From Heptranchias perlo (lineage: Eukaryota): a stretch of DNA of 64,000 nt. Positions within the stretch are counted from its first letter, which is position 1, and the number at the start of each line of letters is the position of its first letter. Made by a program: the position numbers and the translations under genes. The notes below the pieces were generated by a model. That model was not told the origin of the DNA. It saw only the letters and a list, made by a program, of their open reading frames with translations, and searched no databases. Shown piece by piece: positions 27,434 through 39,469 of the stretch. The DNA is taken from positions 3,410,001 through 3,474,000 of the forward strand of contig NC_090340.1 in the NCBI RefSeq assembly GCF_035084215.1. The letters are read 5' to 3'.

Positions 27434-27814
27434 CCATAGATATAGAATTACTTACGATGTTAGAAACTTGGGAAGTAAGAGACCTGGAGAAAGGACAATG
27501 ATTTGGGACTAAAGAGATAAAGAGCTGCCATGTAGAGCAGCTCCAAGAGTCAAGTTCCTCGCACCATTCTTATGTTCTAGAGTCTTTAGATCTTTTTAAC
27601 TGTCCTGGTTTGATCATCTGTTGATCTTAAATTATATTTACAACAAACCATTGCACTGAAGAGTTTACACAATGGCACACGATAAATCTCATCATAAACT
27701 GGGCATGCGTTCCCATGTCCAAATATTTAAAACTTCTTCTAAATTTTAAATTCAAACATATAATTTACTTCATGTTATATTTGCTGGTTTCCCTCATTCT
27801 TTCACTCCCTGTAA

Positions 27815-28316
27815 CCATAGGGGTTTACAGCACAGAAAGAGGCCATTCCGCCCATCATGTCTGTTTAGGCAGTTTGCTCGAGCAATCCAAAACCAATCTC
27901 ACTGACCTGCTCCATTCCCGTAGCCCTGTATCAATCCTAAACTAACCCCACTAACCCGCACCCTCCCTATAGCCCTGCATCAATCACAAACTAGTCCTAC
28001 TGCCCAATTCTTTCCGCTTAGCCCTATATTGTTTCAAAATTAATTCCAATGAGATGCTTTCCCGATAGTCCTCCATCAACCCCAAGCTAATCCTAATGTT
28101 CCATCCTTTCCCCATAGTCCTGTATCAATCCAAAACTAATCACACTGCCCCCACTTTCCCCATAGCCATGTATCAATCCCATACTAATGCTACTGCTCCG
28201 CTCTCACCCCTTAGCCTTGCCTTAATTGAAAAATAAGTCCACTGCCCTGCTCTCCCCTCATAAGCCCCTGTCAATCCAAAACTAATTCCACTGCCAGGCT
28301 CAATCCCCATAGCTCT
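27815..28316 (-). repeat. CR1 3' terminus running into a ~48-bp tandem repeat (left block)
   Basis: TACAGCACAGAAAGAGGCCATT.. (reverse CR1 end) grades into repeats of CATAGCCCTGTATCAATCCCAAACTAATCCCACTGCCCCGCTCTCTCCC. Confidence 0.8.
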
Positions 28317-28989
28317 TGTCACAGAGTTCTACCATCTCGTATCGACAAACGATAATCCTTGACCAATTCTTAATTCAAAACACTTGTCTTTTAATTCAAT
28401 CAACAAAAACATCAGACTGCAATACCTTTGGCAAAGCCTCGTACACTTCCCGGTCCACGGTACCTTTGGCAACGGCTATTACGCTTTCCCAATCGCAGGC
28501 TTTTTCATCTGTCCGAAGCTGCCTTGCAACTGCCCTCAACTGCCTTTTAGCTCATTAGCTTCTTTACAGGTCTCTGAGCTCAGGCCAGCCCCAGCTGCCT
28601 TCCAGCTTAATCTTTAGAGACTCTTTCCGCGACCGATGGGCACCGTAGGGACTGGAGTGCATGCTGGATTGTTATAATAATTATTATTTGACACTTATAT
28701 TGGGTTTATTGATTTACTGCACATAAACACACCCTAAAAAAAGAAAAAGAAAACTAGACGAACCTCAAAAAAAATCTTTAGAGACTCTGTTCAGAGGTGG
28801 ACCCTTTACTTCTCTCCACATTTCCATTTATTCCCACCTGATTGGGAAGGTCTCCACCGACTCCAGCCTTTATTCTTACTTAAAGGTGAAGTCTCCTAAA
28901 AGAGCCGTACCCCTCCTCTTAAAGGGGAGGTCTCCTTAAAAGGGCCAAAGCCTTATTCAGCGATTAGGGTCATTTGTTACTCCGCTACA
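28317..28989 (-). repeat. 3' LTR (TG..CA termini)
   Basis: TGTCACAGAG...CCGCTACA aligns colinearly with 38914-39469; on + it is followed by AATCCTCCCTCCCGCCCCCC (PPT on minus). Confidence 0.8.
28625..28772 (+). mobile_element. Short Tx1/L1-like 3' end with A-rich tail and 16-bp TSD
   Basis: AATCTTTAGAGACTCT duplicated at 28609-28624 and 28773-28788; insert reads FRDRWAP*GLEC (Tx1-like ORF2 end) then an A-rich tail; absent from the partner LTR. Confidence 0.7.
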
Positions 28990-29474
28990 AATCCTCCCTC
29001 CCGCCCCCCAGCATAGATCAATTGGCTGTGGTGGCCTGAATGCGAAGCATTACGCTCTGGAGAGGGCATGGAGTATTCTCCAGAGCCTTCCTGGCTCCAT
29101 GCCCAATAATTGCCGTCTCAATCATTTCACCAAGTTCTAGCCGCTCATTTTCACATGCCGTATGGACAGTCCCTTTGGCTATTTCAAAGGCCTTTGACGC
29201 ACCGTCCGAGTTTCCCGTCTTTCCTTTTCATGCAGAATCCAGCACAATTCCTTTCACAAGGGTCCTCACTCCGGATTTTCCCAGTGGAAATTTCCTGCTC
29301 GTGTCTGTCGTCTTTATTTCTGGTGCAACCATCTGTTTGTGGAAGGACATGATCCCACCTGACGATAACCTCTTCTTTCCAGCCTTCTTCTCAGTAAAGG
29401 AGTATTCTTCATTTTGGCTCTTTCCAAGTTCAATTCATGTGGTCTCTTTTCCAATGCACTTTCGAAAGACTGCT

Positions 29475-32400
29475 GGCAGGGGTGGGGGGCGGAGGGTCCC
29501 GGTGGAGAGAAATCTAGAACGCTCAAGAGAAAAAACAAAGAAGTAGTGCCGGAAAGTGATTGGGGTAACGGTAACCAGATTATGTCACGAAGGGACAGAG
29601 GTACAAACAAAAGAGTGCATTAACAAATAGGGTCCGGGTAAGAAAAAATGGTAATAAGACAAATAGGGTCATAGTACAAAAAACGTTAGGATGTCTAAAA
29701 ATGTTATAAAAGACAAATCTAATGGCACTGTAACTGAATGCACGGAGCACTCATAGTAAGTTAGAAGAATTAACAGAGCAAATAGATGTAAACGGATATG
29801 ATATAATTGCAATTACAGAGACATAGCTGCAGGGTGACCAAGACTGGAGCTGAATGTCCAAGGGTATTCGATATTTAGGAAGGACAGGCAAAAAAGGAAA
29901 AGAGGTGGGGTGGCGTTGTTGGTAAAGGATGAAATCAGAGCAATAGCGAGGAAGGATATTGGCTCAGAAAATCAAGATGTAGAATCAGTCTGGGTGGAGG
30001 TAAGAAGCACTAAGGGACAGAAAACACTGGTGTGAGTTGTCTATAGGCCTCCAAACAGTAGTGATAATGTAGGGGATGGCATCAAACAGGAAATTAGAGA
30101 TGCATGTAACAAGGGTACTACAGCAATCGTGAGTGACTTTGATCTACATGTAGAGTGGCCAAACCAAATCAGCAAAAATACTGTGGAGGATGAATTCCTG
30201 GAGTGTGTACGAGATGTTTTTTAGACCAGTACGTTGAGGAGCCAACCAGGGAACAGGCTATCCTAGATTGGGTATTGTGCAATGAGAAAGGGTTAATTAA
30301 TAATCTTGTTGTGCAGGGTCCTTTCGGGAAGAGTCACCAAAACACGATAGAATTCTTCATTAAGATGGAAAGTGAAGTAGTCCAATGCGAAACTTGGGTC
30401 CTAAATCTAAACAAAGGAAACTGCGTAGGTATGAGGAGTGAGTTGGCTATGACAGATTGGAATGCTTCATTAAAAGGTATGATGGTGGATAGGCAATGGC
30501 TAACGTTTAAGGAACGAATGCATGAATTGTAACAATTATACATTTCTTTCTGGCGCACAAACACAAAAGGAAAAGGGGCCCAACCATTGTTAACAAAATG
30601 AATTAGGGGTTATATAAAGTTGCCAGAAAAAGTAGCAAGCCTGAGGATTGGGAGCAGTTGAGAATTCAGCAAAAAAGGACCAAGCGATTGATTAAGGGGT
30701 GAAAAATAGAGCATGAGAGTAAACTTGCAAGGAACATAAAAGTGGATTGTAAAAGCTTCTACAACTATGTAAAAAGAAAAGAAAAAGATTAGTGAAGACC
30801 AATGTAGATCCCTTACAGTCAGAAACGGGAGAATTTATAATGGGGAACATGGAAATGACAGAGCAATTAAACAAATACTTTGGTTCTGTCTTCACAGAAG
30901 AGGACACAAATAACTTCCCAGAAATGCAAGGGAACCAAGGGACTAGTGAGAAGGAGGAATTGAAGGAAATTAGTATTAGTAAAAAAATAGTGCTGGCGAA
31001 ATTAATGGGACTGAAAGCCAATAAATCCCGAGGGCCTGAAAATCTGCATCCCAGAGTACTAAAAGAGGTAGCCATGGAAATAGTGGAGGCATTGGTTGTC
31101 ATCTTCCAAAATTCTATAGATTATGGAACAGTTCCTACCGATTGGAGGATGGCAAATGTCAACCCACTATTTAAAAATGGAGGGAGAGAGAAAACAGGGA
31201 ACTACAGACCGCTTAGCCTAACATCAGTAGTAGGGAAAAATGCTGGAGTCTATTATAAAGGATGTGATAGCAGGACACTTAGAAAATATCAACGGGATTA
31301 GACAAAGTCAACATGGATTTATGAAAGGGAATTCATGTTTCACAAACCTACTGGAGTTTTTTGTGGATGTAACTGGTAGAATAGATATGGGAGAACCAAT
31401 GGATGTGGTTTATTTGGTTTTTCAGAAGGCCTTTGATAAAGTCCCACATAAGAGATTAGTGTGCAAAATTAAAACACATAGGATTGGTGGTAATATACTG
31501 GCATGGATTGAAAATTGGTTAACAGGCAGGAAACAGAGAGTAGGAATAAATGGGTCTTTTTCGGGGTGGCAGGCAGTGACTAGTGGGTTACCACAGGGAT
31601 CAGTGCTTGGGCCCCAACTATTCACAATATATATCAATGATTTGGATGAGGGAACCAAATATAACATTTCCAAGTTCGCTGACGACACAAAACTAGGTGG
31701 GACCATGAGTTGTGAGGAAGATGCAATGAGGCTTCAATGCGATTTAGATAAGTTGAGTGAGTGGGCAAATACATGGCAGATGCAGTATAATGTGGATAAA
31801 TGTGAAGTGATCCACCTTGGAAGGAAAAACAGAAAAGCAGCGTATTATTTAAATGTTGATAGATTGGGAAATGTTGATGTCCAAAGGGACCTGGGTGTCC
31901 TTGTACACCAGTCACTGAAAGCAAGAATGCAGATGCAGCAAGCAGTTAGGAAGGCAAATGGCATGTTGAACTTCATTGCTCAAGAATTCGAGTAAAGGAG
32001 CAAGGATGTCTTACTGCAGTTATACAGGGCCTTGTTGAGGCCACACCTCGAGTATTGTGTGCAGTTTTTGTCTCCTTTTCTAAGAAAGGATATACTTGCC
32101 ATCGAGGAAGTGCAGCGAAGGTTCACCAGACTGATTCCTGGGATGGCAGGAGGAGAGATTGGGTCGACTCGGCCTGTATTCACTGGAGTTGAGAAGAATG
32201 AGAGGGGACCTCATTGAAACATGTAAAATTCTGACAGAGCTAGACAGACTGGTTGCAGGGACACAGTCTCAGGATGGGGGAATATTTAGGACTGAGCTGA
32301 GGAGAAATTTCTTCACTCAGAGGGTGATAAACCTGTGGAATTCTCTACCACATCAAGCTGTGGCGGCCAAGTCACTGAATATATTTAAGAAGGAGCTAGA

Positions 32401-32549
32401 TAGATTTCTAGACACAGAAGGCATCAAGCTGTATGAGGAGAAAGCGGAAATATGATAGAGGATCAGCCATGATCATATTGAATGACGGAACAGGCTCGAA
32501 GGGCTGAATGGCCTATTCCTGCTCCTATTTTCTATGTTTCTATGTTTCT
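29475..32549 (+). mobile_element. Near-complete CR1 ORF2 (APE endonuclease + RT), decayed, nested in the LTR element
   Basis: [69 protein letters not shown]; tail TTTCTATGTTTCTATGTTTCTA. Confidence 0.95.
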
Positions 32550-32689
32550 ATATCCCACCATAAGCAGGCTCATCCAATGGAACCACCAAAGATATGCACA
32601 TGGGCAGGAGTATCCAATTGCTTCCTGGTCTGGAGCAGACTTCTTTTTCTCTTTCCAGTGCTTTACAACCTCTTTTCCTGTTATATCTT

Positions 32690-33250
32690 TGGAGATTTTT
32701 TCCAACCTTTCCCCATGTATCCCTTTAACATCGTGGTCTGTAGATGTGGAACTCTCGACTGCACACACTGCACTCGATCCCATTAGATCATGAACAAACC
32801 CTAGTGGTAGCCTTGAATTTCTCAGAGATTGGAACTTGTTTCTCGGAGTTTCTCATTAACTGCCCCAGCTCCTGCTGCTGCTCCCCGGCCACACTTCGCA
32901 GGATGACCGTGAGCTGATGGTTTTCATCCTCCATTTTGAAGTAAAAACCCTTCACTCCACTTGATTCCTGCAGTTTGCGCCTGCCCTTCAATTTGGTCCA
33001 TCTGACCCTTCTGCGGGTATTTCCATTGCTCTTCGTTCCTCTTCCCCCAGAGGAATTCCTCTTCTCCTGGTCCTTACTTGACCTGTGGAGTGCTGATTTT
33101 ACTTGGCACCCTTCAATTCACGATTTAATGGGGGCCCAATCCCCATGGTTTGCACTCTTGGGTCAACTACTTCAACACCTATTCCCAAAGACTCTAATTT
33201 CTCTCCAAGAATTTCTTCGATTTGGTGTTTATCCAACCTTCCTTCAAAAT
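32690..33250 (-). pseudogene. Captured coiled-coil host fragments, tentatively DZIP1/DZIP1L-like
   Basis: QIEEILGEKLESLGI, ILRSVAGEQ..EKQVP and DVKGIHGERL resemble recalled DZIP1-family segments (LEEKLESMGI, VLKSVESER..EREIP); order and identity are uncertain. Confidence 0.3.
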
Positions 33251-33494
33251 GCTCCACTCTGGAACTCTGCAGCTTTTGCACATCAAGAGAAGAGCCGTTT
33301 TCACTGACCACAAGATGAATGTCTGACAAGCTACCAGCTGTAGTTTCTATGGCAGCCTCCGTAGTGGCAGCTGCAGTTTCTATCACCGATCCATGTACAA
33401 TGCTTGCATTAGGCTTAACGGGTTGTAGAACCTGAGATACAGCACTGAATTCTGGAATCCCTATCTCCACAGGTAATACAAACTCTGCAATGAA

Positions 33495-36400
33495 TTAATG
33501 GAGAATTTAAATTCAGTTAATTAAAATAAAATCTGGAATGAAAAGCTAGTATCAGTAATGGTGACCATGAAACTACCGGATTGTTGTAAAAACCCATCTG
33601 GTTCCCTAATGTTCTTTAGTGAAGGAAACCTGCCGTCCTTGCCTAGTCTGGCCTATATGTGACACCAGTCACACAGCAAAGTGATTTTATTCTTAACTGC
33701 CTTCTGAAATGGCCTAGCAAGCCACACTGTTGTACATGATAAGAATAAACCAAACGGAACATCTTGCATCGGACCACTAAGCACCGGACAGGAAAAGGGC
33801 AAACCAAGCCCAGTCGTCACTGCAATATCCTCCTCATTAACATCTGGGGACTTGTGCCAAAATTGGGAGAGCTGTCCCACAAAATAGTCAAGTAACAGCC
33901 TGACGTAGCCATACTCACAGAACCATAACTTTCAGCCAAAGTCCCAGACTCCTCCATCACCATCGCTGGGTATGTCCTCACGCAGCGGCAGGACAGACCC
34001 ACCAGAGGAGGTGACACAGTGGTATACAGTCAGGAGAGAGTGGTCCTGAGAGTCCTCAGCATGGAGTCAGTACCCCATCTAGTCTCAAGGCATCAGGTCA
34101 AACATGGGCTAGGAAACCTCGTGCACATCACCACCTACCAACCTCCCTCAGCTGATGAATCAGTCCTCTTCCATGTTGAGCACCACTTGGAGAAAGCACT
34201 GTGGGTAACAAGGGCACAGAATGTATTCTAGGTGGGGGAATTCAATATCCATCACCAAGAGTGGCTCGGCAGCACTGCCACTGACCGAGCTAGCAGAGTC
34301 CTGAAGGACGTAACTGCCAGACTGGGCCTACGGCAGGTGGTGAGAGAAACAACATGAGGGAAAAACCTACTTGACCTCGTCCTCAACAATCTACCTGTCG
34401 CATATGGATTATTCCATGATATTATTGGTAGGATAGACCAACGTACAGTCCTTGTAGAGACGAAGTCCCGTCTTCACACTGAGGACACAATCCATCGTGT
34501 TGTGTGGCACTACGACCGTCCTGAATGGGATAGATTAAAAACGGATTTAGCAGCTCAAAACTGGGCATTCTTGTTGCCCATCAGAAGCAGCAAAATTGTA
34601 TTCCACCACAATCTTTAACCTCATGGTAGGGCATATACCACACTCTACCATTACCAGTAAGCCAGGGGATCCACACTCGTTCAATGAGCAGTGCAGACGA
34701 GCATGCCAGGAGCAGCACCAGGCAAACCAAAGAATGAGATACCAACCTGGTGAAACTACAACACAGGACTACATGCATGCTAAACAGCAGAAGCAGCATG
34801 CTGGAGACAGAGCTAAGCGATCCCACAATCAATGCATCAGATCAAAGCTCTGTAGTCCTGCCACATCCAGTCGTGAATAGTGGTTGACAATTAAGCAACG
34901 AATGGTAGGAGGAGGCTAGTGAGTATGCCCATCCTCAATAATGGCAGATCTCAGCATATGAATGCAAAAGGCAAGCCTGAAGCGTTTGCAACCTCTTCAG
35001 AAAAAAGTGCCAAGTGGATGATCCATCTTGGCCTCCTCCCGAGATCCCCACCATCACAGAATCCAGTCTTCAGCCAATTCGATTCATTCCACGTGATATC
35101 AAGAAACGGCTGAGTGCGCAGGATACAGCAAAGGCTATGGGCCCCAGAAACATCCCGGCTGTAGTGCTGAAGACTTGTGCTCCAGAATTAGCCGCACCTT
35201 TAGCCAAGCTGTTCCAGTACAGCTACAACATTGGCATCTACCCAACACAGTGTAAAACTGCCCAAGTATGTCCTGTCCACAAAAAGCAGGGCAAATCCAA
35301 TCCGACCAATTACCGTCCCATTAGTCTACTCTCAATCATCAACAAAGTGAAGGAATGTCTCGTCGACAGTGCTATCAAGCGGCACCGAATCACCAATAAC
35401 CTGCTCACCGATGCTCGTTTGGGTTCCGCCAGGGCCACTCAGTTCCAGACCTCATTACAGCTTTGCCCCAAACATGGACAAAAGAGCTGAATTTCAGAGG
35501 TGAAGTGAGAGTTTCATCACTTGACATCAAGGCAGCATTTGACTGAGTGTGGTATCAAGGAACCCAGTAAAATTGAAGTCAATAGGTATCAGGGGGAAAA
35601 CTCTCCATTGGCTGGAGTGATACCTAGCACGAATGAAAATGTTAGTGTTTGTTGGAAGCCAATCATCTCAGCCTCAGCACATTGATGCAGGAGTTCCACA
35701 GGGCAGTGTCCTAGGCCCAACCATCTTCAGATGCTTCATCGATGAACTGCCCTTCAACCTAAGGTCAGAAATGGGGATGTTTGCTGATGATTGCACAACG
35801 TGCAGTTCCATTCGCAACCCCTCAGATAATGAAGCAGTCTGTGCCTGCAAGCAGCAAGGCCTGGACGACATTCAGGTTTGGACAGATTTGTGAAGCAAAT
35901 GTTATTTGGCACTTAAGTGTCAGACAAAGACCATCTTCAATAAGACAGAGTCTAACCACCTCCCCATGACATTCAGCATCATTACCATCGCCGATTCGCC
36001 AACATCAACATCCTTGGGATTACCATTGACCAGAAACTGAACTGGACCAGTATAGTGGCTAGAAGAGCAGGTCAGAGGCTGAGTATTCTGTGGCGAGTGA
36101 CTCACCTCTTGACTCCCAAAGCCTTTCCACCATCTACAAGGCACAAATCAGGAATGTGATGGAACACTCTCCAATTGCCTGGATGAGTGCAGCTCGAACA
36201 ATACTCAAGAAGCTCAGCACCATCCAGGATAAAGCTTAATTGACACCCCATCAACCACTTAAACATTCACTCACTCCACCACCGGTGCACCATCAACATG
36301 ATGTACTGCAGCAACTCGTCAAGGCTTCTTCGTCAGCACCTCCCAAACCCACGACCTCTACCATCTAGAAGGACAAGGGCAGTAGGCACATGGGAATAAC

Positions 36401-36646
36401 ACGACTTGCACGTTCCCTTCTAAGTCACACACCATCCTGACTTGGAAATATATCGCCGTTCCTTCATCGTCGCTGTGTCAAAATCCTGGAACTCCCTTCC
36501 TATCAGCACTGTGGGGGAACCTTCACCACACGGACTGCAGCGGGTCAAGAAGGGTGCTCACCACCACCTTCTCAAGGGCAATTAGGGACGGGCACTGAAT
36601 GTTGACCTTGCCAGCGATGCCCACATCCCACGAATGAATAAAAAAA
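33495..36646 (+). mobile_element. Near full-length LINE-A: SINE-like 5' region, APE endonuclease, RT, 3' tail; no ORF1 visible
   Basis: Endonuclease start NIWGLVPKLGEL..PDVAILTE at ~33840, [38 protein letters not shown]-tail at ~36640; many stops. Confidence 0.9.
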
Positions 36647-36799
36647 TGCTCTTCCAACCCATCGTTGTCATTTCCCTCTGAACCTCTCTTTGTCGAGCAC
36701 CCTCCTCATAAAGCCTCTTTCCCTCTATTGATCGCTTGCTCTATTTTTCCAGCCACCCAATAGTCCCCTGCCGGGAAGTAAATTGCGTGGAGGATCTAA

Positions 36800-37604
36800 T
36801 TATTTCGAGGACTCTGCTCGAGACCAACCGCCTTGTTCCTTTCCTCTTCCAAGTTGCCTTTTATCTTCTTGACCATTGTCAGTGCGTCAGAAAAAACACT
36901 CTGCCGTTTTGCAGATCTTTCCACTTGTTCATCGTTGGATTGCCTCCTTTGACCTTCAGTCATCTCTTACTTGTATTGAAGAGTTATAACCGAATCAACC
37001 TGGGTTTCACAGATGATTGCAGGCTTTGGTTTTGAGAGGTCAGCACGGCAACCTTGGTGTCCAACTCTTGCACCTTCTATGCCAGCTCGTTCCTCTCTTG
37101 CTCTTCGAGGCCCATCTGATTACTTTCCAAAGTCTTAATCTGTTTAGTGAGCATTTCTAGTTCAGCTTCCATCTCAACCTTCAGTGTCTCATACTGCCTA
37201 ATCACAGAAGCATTCTCATTGCACATCGGGTCCGTCTTTTCCTTCAGCGTGGACACTTGCTGCAACTTGCTCTCTCTTTCGGCTTCCAGTTCTCTCTCAA
37301 AACTAAGCACTGCGTCCTCTATAATCCTCAGGGCTTCCTCGAGGGTCTCCCTCTTCAAGCGTTGATCGAGGGCAACTTGCTAGGCCGCCCTCTCTTTACT
37401 TTGCGAGTCTTCCACCAGCTCATGCCTCAGTTTTTTTTTCCCCTCCAGATCCACGTTGAATGCGTTGACCTGTCCAGTCAGCCTTTCCTCCTCAATCTAC
37501 GCAGCTTGGTCTAGCAGCTCCTTCTGGTCAACCGTCTCGTTGACTGACTGCTGGAGGCTGGCGATGGTTGTGGTTAGCTGGCTTTTCTCTTCCATGTGAA
37601 GTCC
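36800..37604 (-). pseudogene. NUMA1: Captured NuMA-like coiled-coil fragment
   Basis: HMEEKSQLTTTIASLQQSVNETVDQKELLDQAA*IEEERLTGQVNAFNVDL aligns with recalled human NuMA HFEEEKQQLSSLITDLQSSISNLSQAKEELEQASQAHGARLTAQVASLTSEL; continues as coiled coil with stops. Confidence 0.6.
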
Positions 37605-38065
37605 TTTCATGGCCTGCAGGTTGACCTCCAGGCAGAGCTCAGTTTCTTCGATGCCCTGCCGCTTGTTGGCCCGCTCCTCCAACTGGTCCTCATCTCTGCC
37701 GTGTGCTGCTCCAGCGCTCTCTTCACCTTCTCCAGCTCGTGCACGCTCTTGCCCACAACGTCCATGGCACTCATCACGTCCTCCCTCTTGGTCCGATGCT
37801 GCTTGTTGAGGCGGTCGAGCTCCTCATGTTTCTCGCAGACCTTTCTAACCAGCACTTATCCCTTCTCACTATTCGCCAATTGAGCCTGCAGGGACACCAA
37901 CTGCTGCTTCTCTTTCAGCATCTTCTCCTTCTCCTCCTGGAGCAGTGACTGGGCGTCCTTTAAGTGGGACTCCAGACTCGACACTACCTTGGCCAGCTTG
38001 ATGGCTTTGGACTCGGCCCTCCTCAGAGCTCCGGTGGTTTCTTCCAGCTCAGCCTGCAATTTGAG
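37605..38065 (-). pseudogene. MYH9: Captured non-muscle myosin II heavy-chain tail fragments, intronless and internally deleted
   Basis: [84 protein letters not shown] and LEVNLQAMK match the MYH9/10/11 tail; GKSVHELEK and LEVNLQAMK favour MYH9. Confidence 0.75.
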
Positions 38066-38309
38066 GACCCGATGCATCCCATTTTCCTCCTGACTTACCA
38101 CATAAGCACATGTCACTGATCTCCCCCTCATCCTGGAAAAAAGCCTTCTACAGGACTGTTTTGGTAAGAATGGACTTCCTATACCTTTCTCTGAGACACT
38201 TTCTGGACTTCTCCATCTCTTCAGAATGGGCGCAGGTTTGCTGAAAAATTCCGGTATTCTCCTTCAGCAGCTCACTCCAAAGGCTTCCGCTACAGTACCC
38301 TCTGTGAAT

Positions 38310-38762
38310 GTGTAATTGTACTTATCTTCAACTTAATGTTGGCCAGCATCATTTCTTTACAGATTTCCCAGAACAGAAAGTGTTTGGCAAAAGAACCAAA
38401 GGTGACATGAGGAAAAAACCTTTTTACACAGCAAGTGGTTAGGATCTGGAATGCACTGCCCGACGGGGTGATGGGGGCAGATTCAATCATGGCCTTCAAG
38501 AGGGAACTGGATAAGTAATTGAGAGAAACAAAAATGCAGGGCTATGGGGATAGGGTGGGGGAGTGGGACTAGCTGGATTGCTCTTGCATAGAGCCGGCGC
38601 GGACACGATGGGCCCAACGGCCTCATTCCGTGCTGTAACCTTTCTATTATACTATGATTCTAACTCGTCCCCATCATGAACCTGGTTTAGGACATCGACT
38701 TCCTTCTCACAATATCTTGCTTATCGTACACAGCACGTTGCTTCCTGTCGCTCAGCAACGCC
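38310..38762 (-). pseudogene. DNAJC9: Captured DNAJC9-like fragment, split by a CR1 tail
   Basis: LLSDRKQRAVYDKQDIV/EKEVDVLNQVHD (38660-38762) and CKEMMLANIK/EDKY (38313-38375) versus recalled DNAJC9 [45 protein letters not shown]; frameshifted. Confidence 0.55.
38380..38652 (+). mobile_element. CR1 3' end fragment
   Basis: LFTQQVVRIWNALP..FKRELD and 3' UTR. Confidence 0.85.
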
Positions 38763-38894
38763 TGTCCTTTACCAGGACTCTTGCTGGGCGTCACGGATCA
38801 GGAACCAATTGGTCCTCTCTTGAGCGCACAACAATTCTTCGAGTGTTTCCTCCATACTGGGTTGGTGTCTTTCTTTTCTCTCTTAGAGACACGT

Positions 38895-38912
38895 TCCCAC
38901 TTCTGACAACAT
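38895..38912 (-). promoter_or_regulatory. Primer-binding site, tRNA-Leu type
   Basis: Minus strand TGTTGTCAGAAGTGGGAA versus canonical TGGTGTCAGAAGTGGGAT, immediately inside the 5' LTR. Confidence 0.75.
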
Positions 38913-38913
38913 A

Positions 38914-39469
38914 TGTCACAGAGTCCTATCATCTTGTAACCTTCTTCAGATGACAAACGATAGACCTTTACTAATTCGTAATACAAAACACTTGTCTTTT
39001 GATTCATTCCACACGAAGTCACACTACGGTACCTTTGGCAACGCCCAGTACACTTTAACACTCCACCGTACTCTTGGCAACGTCCAGTACAATTTCCCAC
39101 TCCATGGTGCCTTTGGTAACGCCTAATAGACTTTCCCAGTCCACGGTACCTTTAGCAATAGACTTTCCCAGGCCCAGGCTCTTTCAGTTGTCCGCAGCAG
39201 CCTTGAAACTGCTCTCAACTGCCTTTCTATTCATCAGCTTCTATCCAGGTCTCAGAGCCCAGGCAGCTCTAGCTACCTTCGGGCATCCTCTTCAGGGGCT
39301 CTGTTCAGGGGTGGCCCCTCTACTTCTGCCTCTCGACCTCTCCATTTTACTCTCACCTGACTGTGAAACGTCTCCACCCACTCCAGCATTAATTGCTTCT
39401 TAAAAGTGATGTCTCTTTAAAGGGCCATACACTTATTCGGGGATCAGGGCCCTCAGTTGCACTGATACT
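38914..39469 (-). repeat. 5' LTR of the cargo element
   Basis: Colinear with 28317-28989; has extra copies of an internal sub-repeat (GGTACCTTTGGCAACG..CTTTCCC). Confidence 0.8.

Larger units (their letters stand above)
28317..39469 (-). mobile_element. Non-autonomous LTR retroelement (Gypsy-type priming) carrying host-gene fragments and nested LINEs
   Basis: Two diverged direct LTRs (28317-28989 and 38914-39469), Leu-type PBS next to the right LTR, polypurine tract next to the left LTR, CTCT/CCCT 4-bp TSD restoring the satellite phase; no RT/IN recognised inside. Confidence 0.8.

Noticed and set aside
31240-31995. Active reverse transcriptase gene
   Set aside because: Part of a CR1 ORF2 broken by stops and frameshifts; no intact autonomous element is present in the window.
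36650-36800. Further cargo fragment weakly resembling a ciliary coiled-coil protein (YEEGARQRE)
   Set aside because: Too short and low in complexity to assign without a search.
36800-38131. A genuine myosin or NuMA locus
   Set aside because: Intronless, internally deleted, contains stops, is fused to unrelated sequence and is enclosed by LTRs.
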